From Eubacteriales bacterium (GTDB lineage Bacteria > Bacillota > Clostridia > Oscillospirales > CAG-272), in assembly GCA_045633625.1 (NCBI GenBank), contig JAZQYP010000038.1, positions 16,384 through 80,383 of the forward strand: 64,000 nt of DNA, in the 5' to 3' direction. The position numbers were made by a program, and so were the translations under genes. Positions 1-10,112 of this stretch are shown in pieces. Every line of letters starts with the position of its first letter. The stretch's first letter is position 1. The notes beneath the pieces were generated by a model, which was given only the letters and a program-made list of their open reading frames with translations, was not told the origin of the DNA and searched no databases.

Positions 1-76
1 TTTCTTTTTCCACTTGCAAATGACTCTTCAAAAGTCGCAATTTTTATTCATTGCGGAATATTACAAAAAGTATTTT

Positions 77-162
77 CTTTCAACAGCCTACTGCTTGTTA
101 AAAGGTGAAAATTTCCTTGTAGATATGGGTTTTACACAGAGTTATCAACATCCTGTGGAAAA
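77..162. promoter_or_regulatory. Cluster of DnaA-box-like 9-mers downstream of gyrB (ctttcaaca 77-85, ttatcaaca 142-150, tgtggaaaa 154-162)
   Basis: Each 9-mer is within 1-2 mismatches of TTATCCACA/TGTGGATAA. The same variants recur in the dnaA-dnaN spacer. Confidence 0.4.
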
Positions 163-213
163 GTCGTCTCTGAAAAAATAGTTATATTTTTCTTTGGAAA
201 ATGAATATTTTGA

Positions 214-2166
<1,953 letters not shown>

Positions 2167-2270
2167 TTAGTTAGGGCTATTCCCTATGACGAACTTAAGA
2201 AGCTTTTCTTAAAAAGTTTCTTAAGAATCTTCAAAAAAATTAATGCAATTTTATATTTATTTTCGTTTGT

Positions 2271-2491
2271 TCAAATTTTGATTTATCGGTGAGTTTGTAG
2301 AGAGCAAGACATTATTTTTGATTGTAGGGGCGGCCACACGAACGAAGTTCGTAGCCTTTGCGAAGCAATATGTGGCCATCCGCAACGAACACCGAAGAAG
2401 CACGAGCGGACGCGCAGTGCGCGCCCCTACAGTGTTTGCGGAAATCGCTCGTTTATCCCCATACACAATATCCCGACAAATCCCAATTTTT
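2271..2491. repeat. MITE-like intergenic element, copy A (terminal inverted repeats, about 221 bp)
   Basis: The left end tcaaattttgatttatcggtgagtt matches 23/25 with 10113-10137. The right end ccgacaaatcccaattt matches 16/17 with 10327-10343. The two ends are inverted repeats of each other. Confidence 0.55.
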
Positions 2492-2734
2492 TTACATTCT
2501 TCCAATAAGCGCTGAGGTTGACAGGGTAGAGAAGAGCACCTTTACCTCTCCTTCAGACATATAGAGTATAAATGACTTCGGGATATCTGCTGCCGCCGAG
2601 GTCACGTTACCCTTTTTTTGTTCTGCGTTAAGATATTTTCTCGTTATAGGCGATATTGTGGCATTGTCCATATCGAAAATGCCTATAATATCGCTCTCAC
2701 GTATATTTTTTGAATTTCCTGCGTGTAAAAACAT
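2492..2734 (-). CDS. remB: DUF370 / RemB(YaaB)-like small protein
   Basis: 80-aa ORF in the conserved slot between recF and gyrB. The N-terminus (MFLHAGN..IRESDIIGIFDMD) resembles B. subtilis YaaB/RemB. Confidence 0.8.
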   Translation of the reverse strand: MFLHAGNSKNIRESDIIGIFDMDNATISPITRKYLNAEQKKGNVTSAAADIPKSFILYMSEGEVKVLFSTLSTSALIGRM

Positions 2735-2737
2735 AAA

Positions 2738-3847
2738 TCAATCCTCGGAATAATATTTTCCGCTCTTTACAGTTATCTTCTTAGCACTTCTTATCTCGTT
2801 TTTATCACAACAAGTAAGAATTACCTGCTTTCCCTCGATGCGATTGATAAGATAATCACGTCTGCGCGCATCAAGCTCGGAGAGCACGTCGTCAAAGAGG
2901 AAAACAGGATAATCTCCGTACTCCTCGCGGCATATCTCACCCTCAGCAAGCTTGAGTGCGATAGCGAGCGAGCGTTGCTGACCCTGAGAAGCATATAGCC
3001 TTGCCGCTTTGCCGTTAAGATCTATCGCCATATCGTCCTTATGTGCTCCGTAAAGTGTTGATCCTGCGTATATTTCCCTCTCAACGTTTTTTGTGAGGAG
3101 CTCGAGGTATTTTTCCTCTGTCAGCTTTACGTCACGACACTCCTCGTCGCTTACCTTTGCAGAACAGATATATTTTACCTCTGGCGTCTCTCTTGCTTCG
3201 CTCATATCGAAAAAGCATTCCTTGACGTGAGCGTCGACCTTTTTTATAAACTCAGTCCTGTATTTTGCAATGACTGCCGCCTCGTGTGCGAGCTGCTCTG
3301 ACCATAGGTCTATCGTTGCATCGAAGGTCTCTTTATCCTTTTCTGCATTTTTAATGAGCGCGTTGCGCTGCTTGAGAAGGTAATTATGCTTCTGAAGCGC
3401 GTGCAGATACATTGGATGTGAAGAGCTGATGGCTATATCAAGATAATTTCGGCGCAAAGCAGGACCTTCTTTTACGATAGACAGATGCTCAGGACAAAAG
3501 AGCACCGTACGAAAGGCTCCCACTATATCGGATAGCTTATCTATCTTAACACCGTTTTTTTCAGCTTTACGGCGTTTTTGACTGAATATAGTCATCTTTA
3601 TATTCTGTTCTCTTATTCCGTCGTCAAAGCTCAAATTTAAGCCTGCCTGTGACTCACCAAAGCGGATTATCTCGGCGTTGTGGGTGGCTCTGAAGCTTTT
3701 GCCGACAGATACGTAATATATCGCCTCAAGTAGATTTGTCTTTCCCTCGGCATTCTCGCCCGATATGACGTTGACCCCGCGGGAAAATTCTATTATCTCT
3801 TCACTTATATTACGAAAATCTTTAATAGAAATTTTTTTACAGTACAT
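2738..3847 (-). CDS. recF: DNA replication and repair protein RecF
   Basis: 369 aa with Walker A GENAEGKTNLLEAI, ABC/SMC signature SQGQQRSLAIALKLAE and Walker B PVFLFDDVLSELD. Synteny follows dnaN. Confidence 0.95.
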   Translation of the reverse strand: MYCKKISIKDFRNISEEIIEFSRGVNVISGENAEGKTNLLEAIYYVSVGKSFRATHNAEIIRFGESQAGLNLSFDDGIREQNIKMTIFSQKRRKAEKNGVKIDKLSDIVGAFRTVLFCPEHLSIVKEGPALRRNYLDIAISSSHPMYLHALQKHNYLLKQRNALIKNAEKDKETFDATIDLWSEQLAHEAAVIAKYRTEFIKKVDAHVKECFFDMSEARETPEVKYICSAKVSDEECRDVKLTEEKYLELLTKNVEREIYAGSTLYGAHKDDMAIDLNGKAARLYASQGQQRSLAIALKLAEGEICREEYGDYPVFLFDDVLSELDARRRDYLINRIEGKQVILTCCDKNEIRSAKKITVKSGKYYSED

Positions 3848-3993
3848 TGTTTTACGTTAATAAACTTTTTGAAAAAAGCTTCTTAACAATCTTCAAAAAC
3901 CTTCAAATATTTTTCTTGTGATATTATATCACTTATTTTTTCTTTATTACTGACAGCTTTTTGTCAACTTCAAATTGTGTGAAAGAGTTAAAT

Positions 3994-5148
3994 TTAATCC
4001 TTCATTCTGACGGGAAGGAGCATAAATATTTCTTCCTTGCCTTCTTCCTTTTCTGCGGGGAGGATATTCATGCTTGTAAGAGGAGAGGACATCGAGAGCT
4101 TGATGCGCTCGGCGTTGCACGCTCTTACAGAGTCTATAAGGAATCGGTTATTGAAAGCAATAAGCATATTATCGCCGTTATGGTCGATATTTACTTCATC
4201 GTATATGCTTCCTGCACTCGATACTGCCGAGATCTTGAGTATATCTCCGCTCACGTCAAGCTTAACGTGTGCTCTGACACTACCCGCAATTCTTTCCTCG
4301 GTAACGAGAGCCGCGCGCTCAAGAGCAGATATAAGCTCAGTGCGAGAGAGCTCAACGTCGATCTTATGATTTTTAACTATGATTCTATCGTAATCGATAT
4401 AATCTCCCTCAACGAGTCTTGAGAAGAAGGTGAGCTCGCCAATAAGGAAAACTATGTGCTTTCTCGTGATATATATCTGCGTAAGGCTGTCCTCATCGTC
4501 AGAAAGGAGTCTTGAGAGCTCGTTTACAGTCTTTACGGGAATGATAAATGCAAAATCAAGATGCTTATCATTATTTGTATTTTTGTTTTCAAGCTCGGTA
4601 TATCTCTTTACCTTTGCAAGCTTGAAGCTATCGCAGGAGACGAGCATTATCGAGTCGTCCTCGATCTTAACAAAGCAACCGTTAAGAACTGCTCTTTGAT
4701 CGTTTACACCCATAGAGAAGGAGACCTGAGAGATCATATCCTTCATCACTGCCTGTGAGAGAACGAAGCTTCTGTCACTCACAAGATCGGGGATAGCGGG
4801 GAACTCCTCACCCTTGAGGGCACTCATCTTATGAGAGGATTTTCCGCAAATAATGCAAGCACCAAACTTGTCGTCAACGGTAAGTGTGATCTCGTCACCG
4901 TCCATTACCTTTATAGTCTGATAGAATTTCTGAGCGTTGAGTATATATCTTCCTTCTTCTATGACCTTTGCCTCAATGGTTATTCTTACGCCCTTTTCAA
5001 GATCATAGGTGGTAAGCACACAAATATCGGGTGCTTTTGCCTCTATTAAGATTCCGTCTATCGAAGAAAGAGTCGATTTGCCTGAAACTGCGCACATAAG
5101 GGGAGTTGTAGCAGCATTTACTACCGAACGGTTAAAAATGACCTTCAT
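3994..5148 (-). CDS. dnaN: DNA polymerase III beta sliding clamp
   Basis: 384-aa ORF immediately downstream of dnaA, with length and sequence character typical of Firmicute DnaN. Confidence 0.95.
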   Translation of the reverse strand: MKVIFNRSVVNAATTPLMCAVSGKSTLSSIDGILIEAKAPDICVLTTYDLEKGVRITIEAKVIEEGRYILNAQKFYQTIKVMDGDEITLTVDDKFGACIICGKSSHKMSALKGEEFPAIPDLVSDRSFVLSQAVMKDMISQVSFSMGVNDQRAVLNGCFVKIEDDSIMLVSCDSFKLAKVKRYTELENKNTNNDKHLDFAFIIPVKTVNELSRLLSDDEDSLTQIYITRKHIVFLIGELTFFSRLVEGDYIDYDRIIVKNHKIDVELSRTELISALERAALVTEERIAGSVRAHVKLDVSGDILKISAVSSAGSIYDEVNIDHNGDNMLIAFNNRFLIDSVRACNAERIKLSMSSPLTSMNILPAEKEEGKEEIFMLLPVRMKD

Positions 5149-5618
5149 TTTCGTTTCCTTTCTTTACGTTCTCGCGTACACGCGAAAACAAAATAAATAA
5201 AATAATAAATAATTATAGTAATAGTGGTAATAGGCCCTGTTGAAATTGTGGAAAAGTCTTTTTTTCCTTACGGATACTTGATTTTTCCGTGTTGAAATTC
5301 ATATAAAAGCGGTTGATAACAAAATGTTTTTATGTTGAAAAAACATGGGTTTTTTAATCGAAGAGTTGCAGAATTTCTTTAATTCGGAAAAATTTCTTGA
5401 AACTAAAAAAATAATTTTTGCCTGTTGATAAAAAGACCGATTTTTTTGTTTATAAATCAATAAAAAACGCTTGATTTTTACTTTTCAACAGAATTGTATA
5501 AAAATACTTTCCACAGCTCTTTTCCTTTTACGTCAAGGAGAAATAAGTGTGCCTGTTGACAAAATATCACAGTTTATAACAAGCTTTTCAACAGGTTGAA
5601 ATGATGTTGAAAATAAGA
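5149..5618. promoter_or_regulatory. oriC part 2 (dnaA-dnaN spacer) with at least 10 DnaA-box-like 9-mers and an A/T-rich tract
   Basis: Boxes: tgttgaaat 5239-5247, tgtggaaaa 5247-5255, tgttgaaat 5290-5298, ggttgataa 5311-5319, tgttgaaaa 5333-5341, tgttgataa 5423-5431, ttttcaaca 5482-5490, ctttccaca 5507-5515, tgttgacaa 5554-5562, ttttcaaca 5585-5593, tgttgaaaa 5605-5613. There is an A/T-rich run at 5186-5225. Confidence 0.65.
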
Positions 5619-6986
5619 TTACTGTCCCGTAACGTCGTGGATAAGCTCTTTTATCTCAACGTTGAAAACGGGGTCTGTTATCTTTCTTTGTATCTTCGAA
5701 TAAGAAGAGATTATAGTCGCGTGATCGCGGTCAAAGAGCTTGCCGATATTCGGATAAGACATCTCGGTTATCTCGCGTATAAGATATATAGCGATGTGTC
5801 GAGCGTCGGCGATCTCCTTGTTTCTCTTTTGAGAGAGAAGATCCTCTTTTTTGATATCGTATTTTTTATATACCGCCGAATATATCTTCTCAACAGTCAC
5901 GCTCACAGGCTCAGCACCGCCGAGAAGCTCGGAAATACAGCTCTTTGCAAGCTCCATAGAGATCTTCTTTCCCTGAAGGAAGGAGAGTGCCGAGAGCTTC
6001 TTTATAGCTCCCTCTATCTGACGGATATTTGAGCGAAGATTTTCTGCAAGGAAGTTAAGAACGTCGTCTGGAATATTTACAGATACCTGTTCAGCCTTTT
6101 TCTTGATTATCGCTACTCGAAGCTCAAGATCCGGTGGCTGAATGTCGGCAATTATACCCCACTCAAAGCGGGTTCTCAGTCTGTCAACAAGCTTTTCGAT
6201 ATCCTTTGGAGGACGGTCGGAAGCAAGAATTATCTGCTTCTGATCCTCATAAAGTGCGTTGAAGGTGTGGAAGAATTCCTCTTGAGTTGCGTCCTTGCCC
6301 GAGATAAACTGAATATCGTCGATAAGGAGGATATCGCAGTTTCTGTATTTGTTTCTGAATTCGGGCATCTCGCGCTTTGAGAGGCTCTCGATAAGCTCGT
6401 TTGTAAAATCCTCGCAGGTGATGAAAATTACCTTGAGATTAGGCTTTTTCTTTTTGATCTCATTAACAACCGCGGACATAAGGTGAGTCTTTCCAATACC
6501 GCTCGGACCGTAAATGAAGAGAGGATTGTAATCGGTCGCAGGCTTTGCGGCAACGGCTGTGCAGGCTGCGTGAGCAAATTTATTTGAGTTACCTACGATA
6601 AAGTTCTCAAAGGTGTACTCGAAATTGTAGTTTTGAGGAACGATATTTGCGGGCTTCTCATCGCTTTTGCTGTCAACGATCTCGCCGAGCGTCTTTTTTA
6701 TAAGATTTGTGTATTCGCGCTGCTCCTCACTCTCAACGAAGATTATATCTACCTTTGTGTTAAATCCGAGGTATTCGCCGAATTTCTCCTCAAGGGGAGA
6801 AATAAATCTTTCCTTTACGACCTTAAAGCGAGTGCTTGTGTCGGTTGAAAAGGTTATGCAATCGTTCTCATAGGAGACGATCTTGAGCTCACCAAGCCAC
6901 AGATCTACCGCAGAAGACGGCATATTCTCACGCATGGAGAGCTTTATATTTTCCCATATTGACTCTATTTCATTGAGGAATGACAT
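5619..6986 (-). CDS. dnaA: Chromosomal replication initiator DnaA
   Basis: 455 aa with AAA+ Walker A GPSGIGKTHL, Walker B LLIDDIQF, and the domain IV helix-turn-helix region (RHIAIYLIRE..DHATIISSYSKI). Confidence 0.97.
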   Translation of the reverse strand: MSFLNEIESIWENIKLSMRENMPSSAVDLWLGELKIVSYENDCITFSTDTSTRFKVVKERFISPLEEKFGEYLGFNTKVDIIFVESEEQREYTNLIKKTLGEIVDSKSDEKPANIVPQNYNFEYTFENFIVGNSNKFAHAACTAVAAKPATDYNPLFIYGPSGIGKTHLMSAVVNEIKKKKPNLKVIFITCEDFTNELIESLSKREMPEFRNKYRNCDILLIDDIQFISGKDATQEEFFHTFNALYEDQKQIILASDRPPKDIEKLVDRLRTRFEWGIIADIQPPDLELRVAIIKKKAEQVSVNIPDDVLNFLAENLRSNIRQIEGAIKKLSALSFLQGKKISMELAKSCISELLGGAEPVSVTVEKIYSAVYKKYDIKKEDLLSQKRNKEIADARHIAIYLIREITEMSYPNIGKLFDRDHATIISSYSKIQRKITDPVFNVEIKELIHDVTGQ

Positions 6987-7184
6987 ATAATACCTCCTGA
7001 TGTTAAAGTATCTTCTTTATACCTAAAAAATTGATATATATAGCAAGAATATTATATCATAAAAGGCATCTTATTGCAAGGATTTTTAAGAAATTTATAT
7101 ATTATATTTATATAATATATAATTAAGCTGTGGAAAACTATCTCCTAAGGTAGAAAAGGGACGAAAAAAAAGGAAAAATTTTAG
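6987..7184. promoter_or_regulatory. oriC part 1 / dnaA promoter region with a candidate DNA-unwinding element
   Basis: Nearly pure A/T tract aaatttatatattatatttatataatatataatt (about 7091-7125), followed by tgtggaaaa (7129-7137) and a ttgaaaaa motif. It sits upstream of dnaA, as in bipartite Firmicute origins. Confidence 0.5.
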
Positions 7185-7213
7185 TTGAAAAATAAGAGTC
7201 TGTATGGTATAAT
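7185..7213 (+). promoter_or_regulatory. Sigma-A type promoter for tRNA-Arg
   Basis: -35 TTGAAA (7185-7190), 17-nt spacer, extended -10 TGgTATAAT (7205-7213). The tRNA starts about 18 nt downstream. Confidence 0.6.
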
Positions 7214-7230
7214 CAATTTAACGTATATTT

Positions 7231-7307
7231 CTGCCCGTGGCACAGCTGGATAGCGCGCAAGACTCCGACTCTTGAGGTCGCAGGTTCAAATCCTGTCGGG
7301 CAGGCCA
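7231..7307 (+). tRNA. tRNA-Arg (anticodon CCG)
   Basis: 77 nt. The 7-bp acceptor stem is ctgcccg/cgggcag. The anticodon stem caaga/tcttg carries loop ctCCGac. The T arm is gcagg-ttcaaat-cctgt. Discriminator G plus an encoded CCA. Confidence 0.85.
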
Positions 7308-7312
7308 AAAAA

Positions 7313-7346
7313 ATAAGGAAGAGCTATGCTCTTCCTTATTTTTTTA
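7313..7346 (+). terminator. Rho-independent terminator after tRNA-Arg
   Basis: 12-bp stem ataaggaagagc / gctcttccttat with loop tat, followed by a T7 run. Confidence 0.75.
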
Positions 7347-7359
7347 GTTTATCTCTATC

Positions 7360-7462
7360 GATTTAGGACCTCGAAAATTGCTTGCAATTTTCTTTATTTG
7401 CGCTAAGTGAGCGTAGAAAACGGAGGACAAGAGCGCAAATATAGGTTCCTAAATCCTGTCGG
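7360..7462. repeat. Nested-palindrome element ending in a partial copy of the tRNA-Arg 3' end
   Basis: Outer arms are gatttaggacc / ggttcctaaatc. Inner hairpins are gaaaattgc-tt-gcaattttc and tatttgcgc...gcgcaaata. Positions 7443-7462 (aggttcctaaatcctgtcgg) repeat tRNA positions 7282-7299 (aggttcaaatcctgtcgg). Confidence 0.5.
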
Positions 7463-7594
7463 ATAGAGAATTATAAGCATAAAATTATATTCTCAAAATA
7501 ATCAACCTTTTTCAAAAATAAACGAATTTAATCAACAAAAAACAATAAATAATATTCATAAAAAATGAATATTTTATCAATATCTGTTTTTTCT

Positions 7595-7644
7595 TGTCGA
7601 AACCAATATACACAATCCGCCAATTTTTTTATTTCCCGTATAGT
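7595..7644 (+). promoter_or_regulatory. Candidate spoIIE promoter with a Spo0A box
   Basis: Perfect 0A-box core TGTCGAA at 7595-7601 and a -10-like TATAGT at 7639-7644, upstream of the RBS-supported ATG at 7696. Confidence 0.4.
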
Positions 7645-7695
7645 AAAATAAATCCGAATAAAAGCCATAGTAGGCTTCTTCGGAGGAAAAGAAAA

Positions 7696-10107
7696 ATGGA
7701 TCTCAAAAAAGAGCTGAAAAATGAAAAAAATGAAGTATTATCAACAAAAAAACTGAAATTTAACGGAGGAATTGATCTGTTAAGAGGGACGCTTATAGGA
7801 GTCTTTGATATATTTATATCATTTCTTCTCGGCGGGGGAGAGATATTCTTCGGAGCGTCTCCCTTCGGCATTGCATTTCTTGCCGCATCAAGCAAAAATA
7901 TTGTATATATATACATAGGCTTGTGTCTGTCGGCGATCTTCGGCGACGGCAACGTGACAGTCCTTATCTGCGCTTATACGATAGTTATGCTTTTGAGAAT
8001 TCTCTCACGGATAGTCATCGACAATACCGCCGCGAGGATAAAAGAAAGAAAAATGACGCTTGGCGAGATCATCCCGCTTCTTTTCGGTGAGCATATTTTT
8101 CTTCGTATGTCATCTGCGGCGATAGGAGCTTTTACAATAGGTGCTTATACGCTTATAGCGGGTGGATTTTACTATTACGATCTTTTTGGTGCTATCATCT
8201 CTCTTCTTCTCTCACCTCTTCTTACCCTTCTTTTCTTCGGGCTTGTTGGGGATAAAATGGTGAGCGAAAGGATACGCTTTGCATCATTTTGCGTGCTTAC
8301 CTTCTGCGTGATCTATTGCGCAAAGGATCTCTCTGTATTCGGCATCTCGCTCTCTGTTGGAGCCGCATTGGCGCTTACGTTATATTTCTCGCGCAAACGG
8401 GGAATTCTTGAGGGAGTTATCGTCGGAATGTGTGCAGGACTCGCCGTCTCGCCTATTATGGCTCCGGCATTTATCTTTGCGGCAGTTTCAGCCTCATTTT
8501 TGTGGAGGATATCGAGCTTTTTTGCTTGTAGCTCGGCAGCTTTGGTTGCATTTGCATGGGCACTTTTTGCAGAGGGCATCTCGGCGCTTACAAGCGTACT
8601 TCCCGCAGTTCTTATAACGGCACTTCTTTTCGCGGCGATAGACAAGCTCTACCTCTCTCCAAAAACGGCTACTGTGACAGAAGAGATCCGCGAAGAAAAA
8701 AAGAAAAAGGAGAAGGCGGCGTGCCGCGTGCTTAACGAGCGCGAGCTTGATGGGGCTGTGCTCTTTGACACAGAGCAGAGGATAAAAGCACTCTGTGAGA
8801 CCTTTTCCTCTCTTTCAAGCCTGTTTTTCGGGCTCTCAGAGCGGATGAAATACCCACGCGCATCCGACGTCAAGGAAATATGTGAGGGAGCCTTTGATTT
8901 TGCCTGCTCGCGATGTGAAAATAGGGCAATTTGCTGGGAAAAGGAATATTGTGCCTCCCTCAAGTCGATGAATGATATCACAGAGACTCTTATGAAAAAC
9001 GGACACGTGACAAAGGAGGACGTAGAACAAAAAATGTACGAGCGGTGTATGGGAATGCCCGATATACTCGACAGGATAAATAAAAATTCAATGCTTCATA
9101 CCCAACAGCTTCTTATTGGCGACAAGACCGAGATATTCGCGCTTGATTACGAGGCGGTATCAGAGCTGCTTGCCGCCGCTATGGTCGAGCAAAGGGAGGA
9201 ATTTGAGCCACTTCTCGAGCTTACGGCAGAGCTTGCAAAGGGATTTGACGAGAAAAAGCTGCCTGTCGAGGGTGTCATCGCCTACGGAAGTGTGGGCAGG
9301 CATACCGTGCTCATACGCGGCAGAGAGTCGCACGCCTTTTTTGCGGCAAGAGATAAGATAATCTCTGTAGCAGAAGGGATATGTGGTGAGAAGCTGAACG
9401 TTACCGAGAAAAATAATAGCTCAGATGCACCTTATATAGTGCTTGCAAGCGAGGAAAAATATAAAATAGAATACGCCAAAAGAAGCGTCACCGCAGAGGG
9501 AGAGGAAGGCTTTTGCGGAGACACGGTGAGTATTTTTGAGAGCTCAAGGAGAAAATTCTATTCTCTCATAAGCGACGGGATGGGCTCTGGCAGAGAAGCG
9601 GCGCTCACAAGCGGAATATGCTCTGTATTTCTCTCAAGAATGCTCAGTTCTGCGGTAAAGTGCGACGTAGCGCTCAAAATGCTGAGTTCATTTCTCAGAA
9701 ACAAGGGAAGCGGAAGCCTGCATGAGTGTTCGGCGACTGTCGATCTTATGGAATTCGATCTTGTTACGGGATCAGCGGCGTTTTATAAGGGGGGCGCGGC
9801 GCCAAGCTACGTATATCGTGACAAAAACCTCTTTAAGCTTCGTTCAAGCAGTGTGCCGCTTGGAATCATTAAGGAGATCGACGTCAGAAGGATATCCTTC
9901 GATCTCGGTAAGGGGGACGTTGTCGTGATGGTAAGCGACGGCGTCACACAATCGAGAGACGAATGCCCGTGGCTCTTTGATTTATTATGCGCGAACGCAG
10001 AAAAGGAGAGCCTTGCCTCAATAGCCGATATGATCGTGAAGCGTGCCAAGTACGAGGGAGCGACCGATGACATCTCGGTGGTGGTTATGAAGGTGAATGG
10101 AATCTAA
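7696..10107 (+). CDS. spoIIE: Stage II sporulation protein E (membrane PP2C phosphatase)
   Basis: A long polytopic N-terminal membrane region plus a C-terminal PP2C domain (GDTVSIFES, ISDGMGSG, VVMVSDGV, TDDISVVVMKV). I chose the start at the ATG preceded by GGAGGA (7682-7687); the open frame extends up to 7594. Confidence 0.9.
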   Translation: MDLKKELKNEKNEVLSTKKLKFNGGIDLLRGTLIGVFDIFISFLLGGGEIFFGASPFGIAFLAASSKNIVYIYIGLCLSAIFGDGNVTVLICAYTIVMLLRILSRIVIDNTAARIKERKMTLGEIIPLLFGEHIFLRMSSAAIGAFTIGAYTLIAGGFYYYDLFGAIISLLLSPLLTLLFFGLVGDKMVSERIRFASFCVLTFCVIYCAKDLSVFGISLSVGAALALTLYFSRKRGILEGVIVGMCAGLAVSPIMAPAFIFAAVSASFLWRISSFFACSSAALVAFAWALFAEGISALTSVLPAVLITALLFAAIDKLYLSPKTATVTEEIREEKKKKEKAACRVLNERELDGAVLFDTEQRIKALCETFSSLSSLFFGLSERMKYPRASDVKEICEGAFDFACSRCENRAICWEKEYCASLKSMNDITETLMKNGHVTKEDVEQKMYERCMGMPDILDRINKNSMLHTQQLLIGDKTEIFALDYEAVSELLAAAMVEQREEFEPLLELTAELAKGFDEKKLPVEGVIAYGSVGRHTVLIRGRESHAFFAARDKIISVAEGICGEKLNVTEKNNSSDAPYIVLASEEKYKIEYAKRSVTAEGEEGFCGDTVSIFESSRRKFYSLISDGMGSGREAALTSGICSVFLSRMLSSAVKCDVALKMLSSFLRNKGSGSLHECSATVDLMEFDLVTGSAAFYKGGAAPSYVYRDKNLFKLRSSSVPLGIIKEIDVRRISFDLGKGDVVVMVSDGVTQSRDECPWLFDLLCANAEKESLASIADMIVKRAKYEGATDDISVVVMKVNGI

Positions 10108-10112
10108 AGATT

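Noticed and set aside
2257-2564. Three overlapping 65-82 aa ORFs between gyrB and remB
   Set aside because: They lie within the MITE-like repeat and the GC-rich palindromes. They have no RBS and are not conserved with copy B of the element.
3848-3993. Expected yaaA/S4-domain small gene between dnaN and recF
   Set aside because: Only 146 bp of A/T-rich spacer lies here, with no ORF. The gene is simply absent from this locus.
5601-6032. 143-aa + strand ORF starting in oriC
   Set aside because: It is antisense to the C-terminal DNA-binding domain of dnaA, and its 5' end is made of DnaA-box repeats.
7594-7695. N-terminal 34-codon extension of spoIIE
   Set aside because: The extension contains promoter-like elements and precedes a strong RBS-ATG at 7696.
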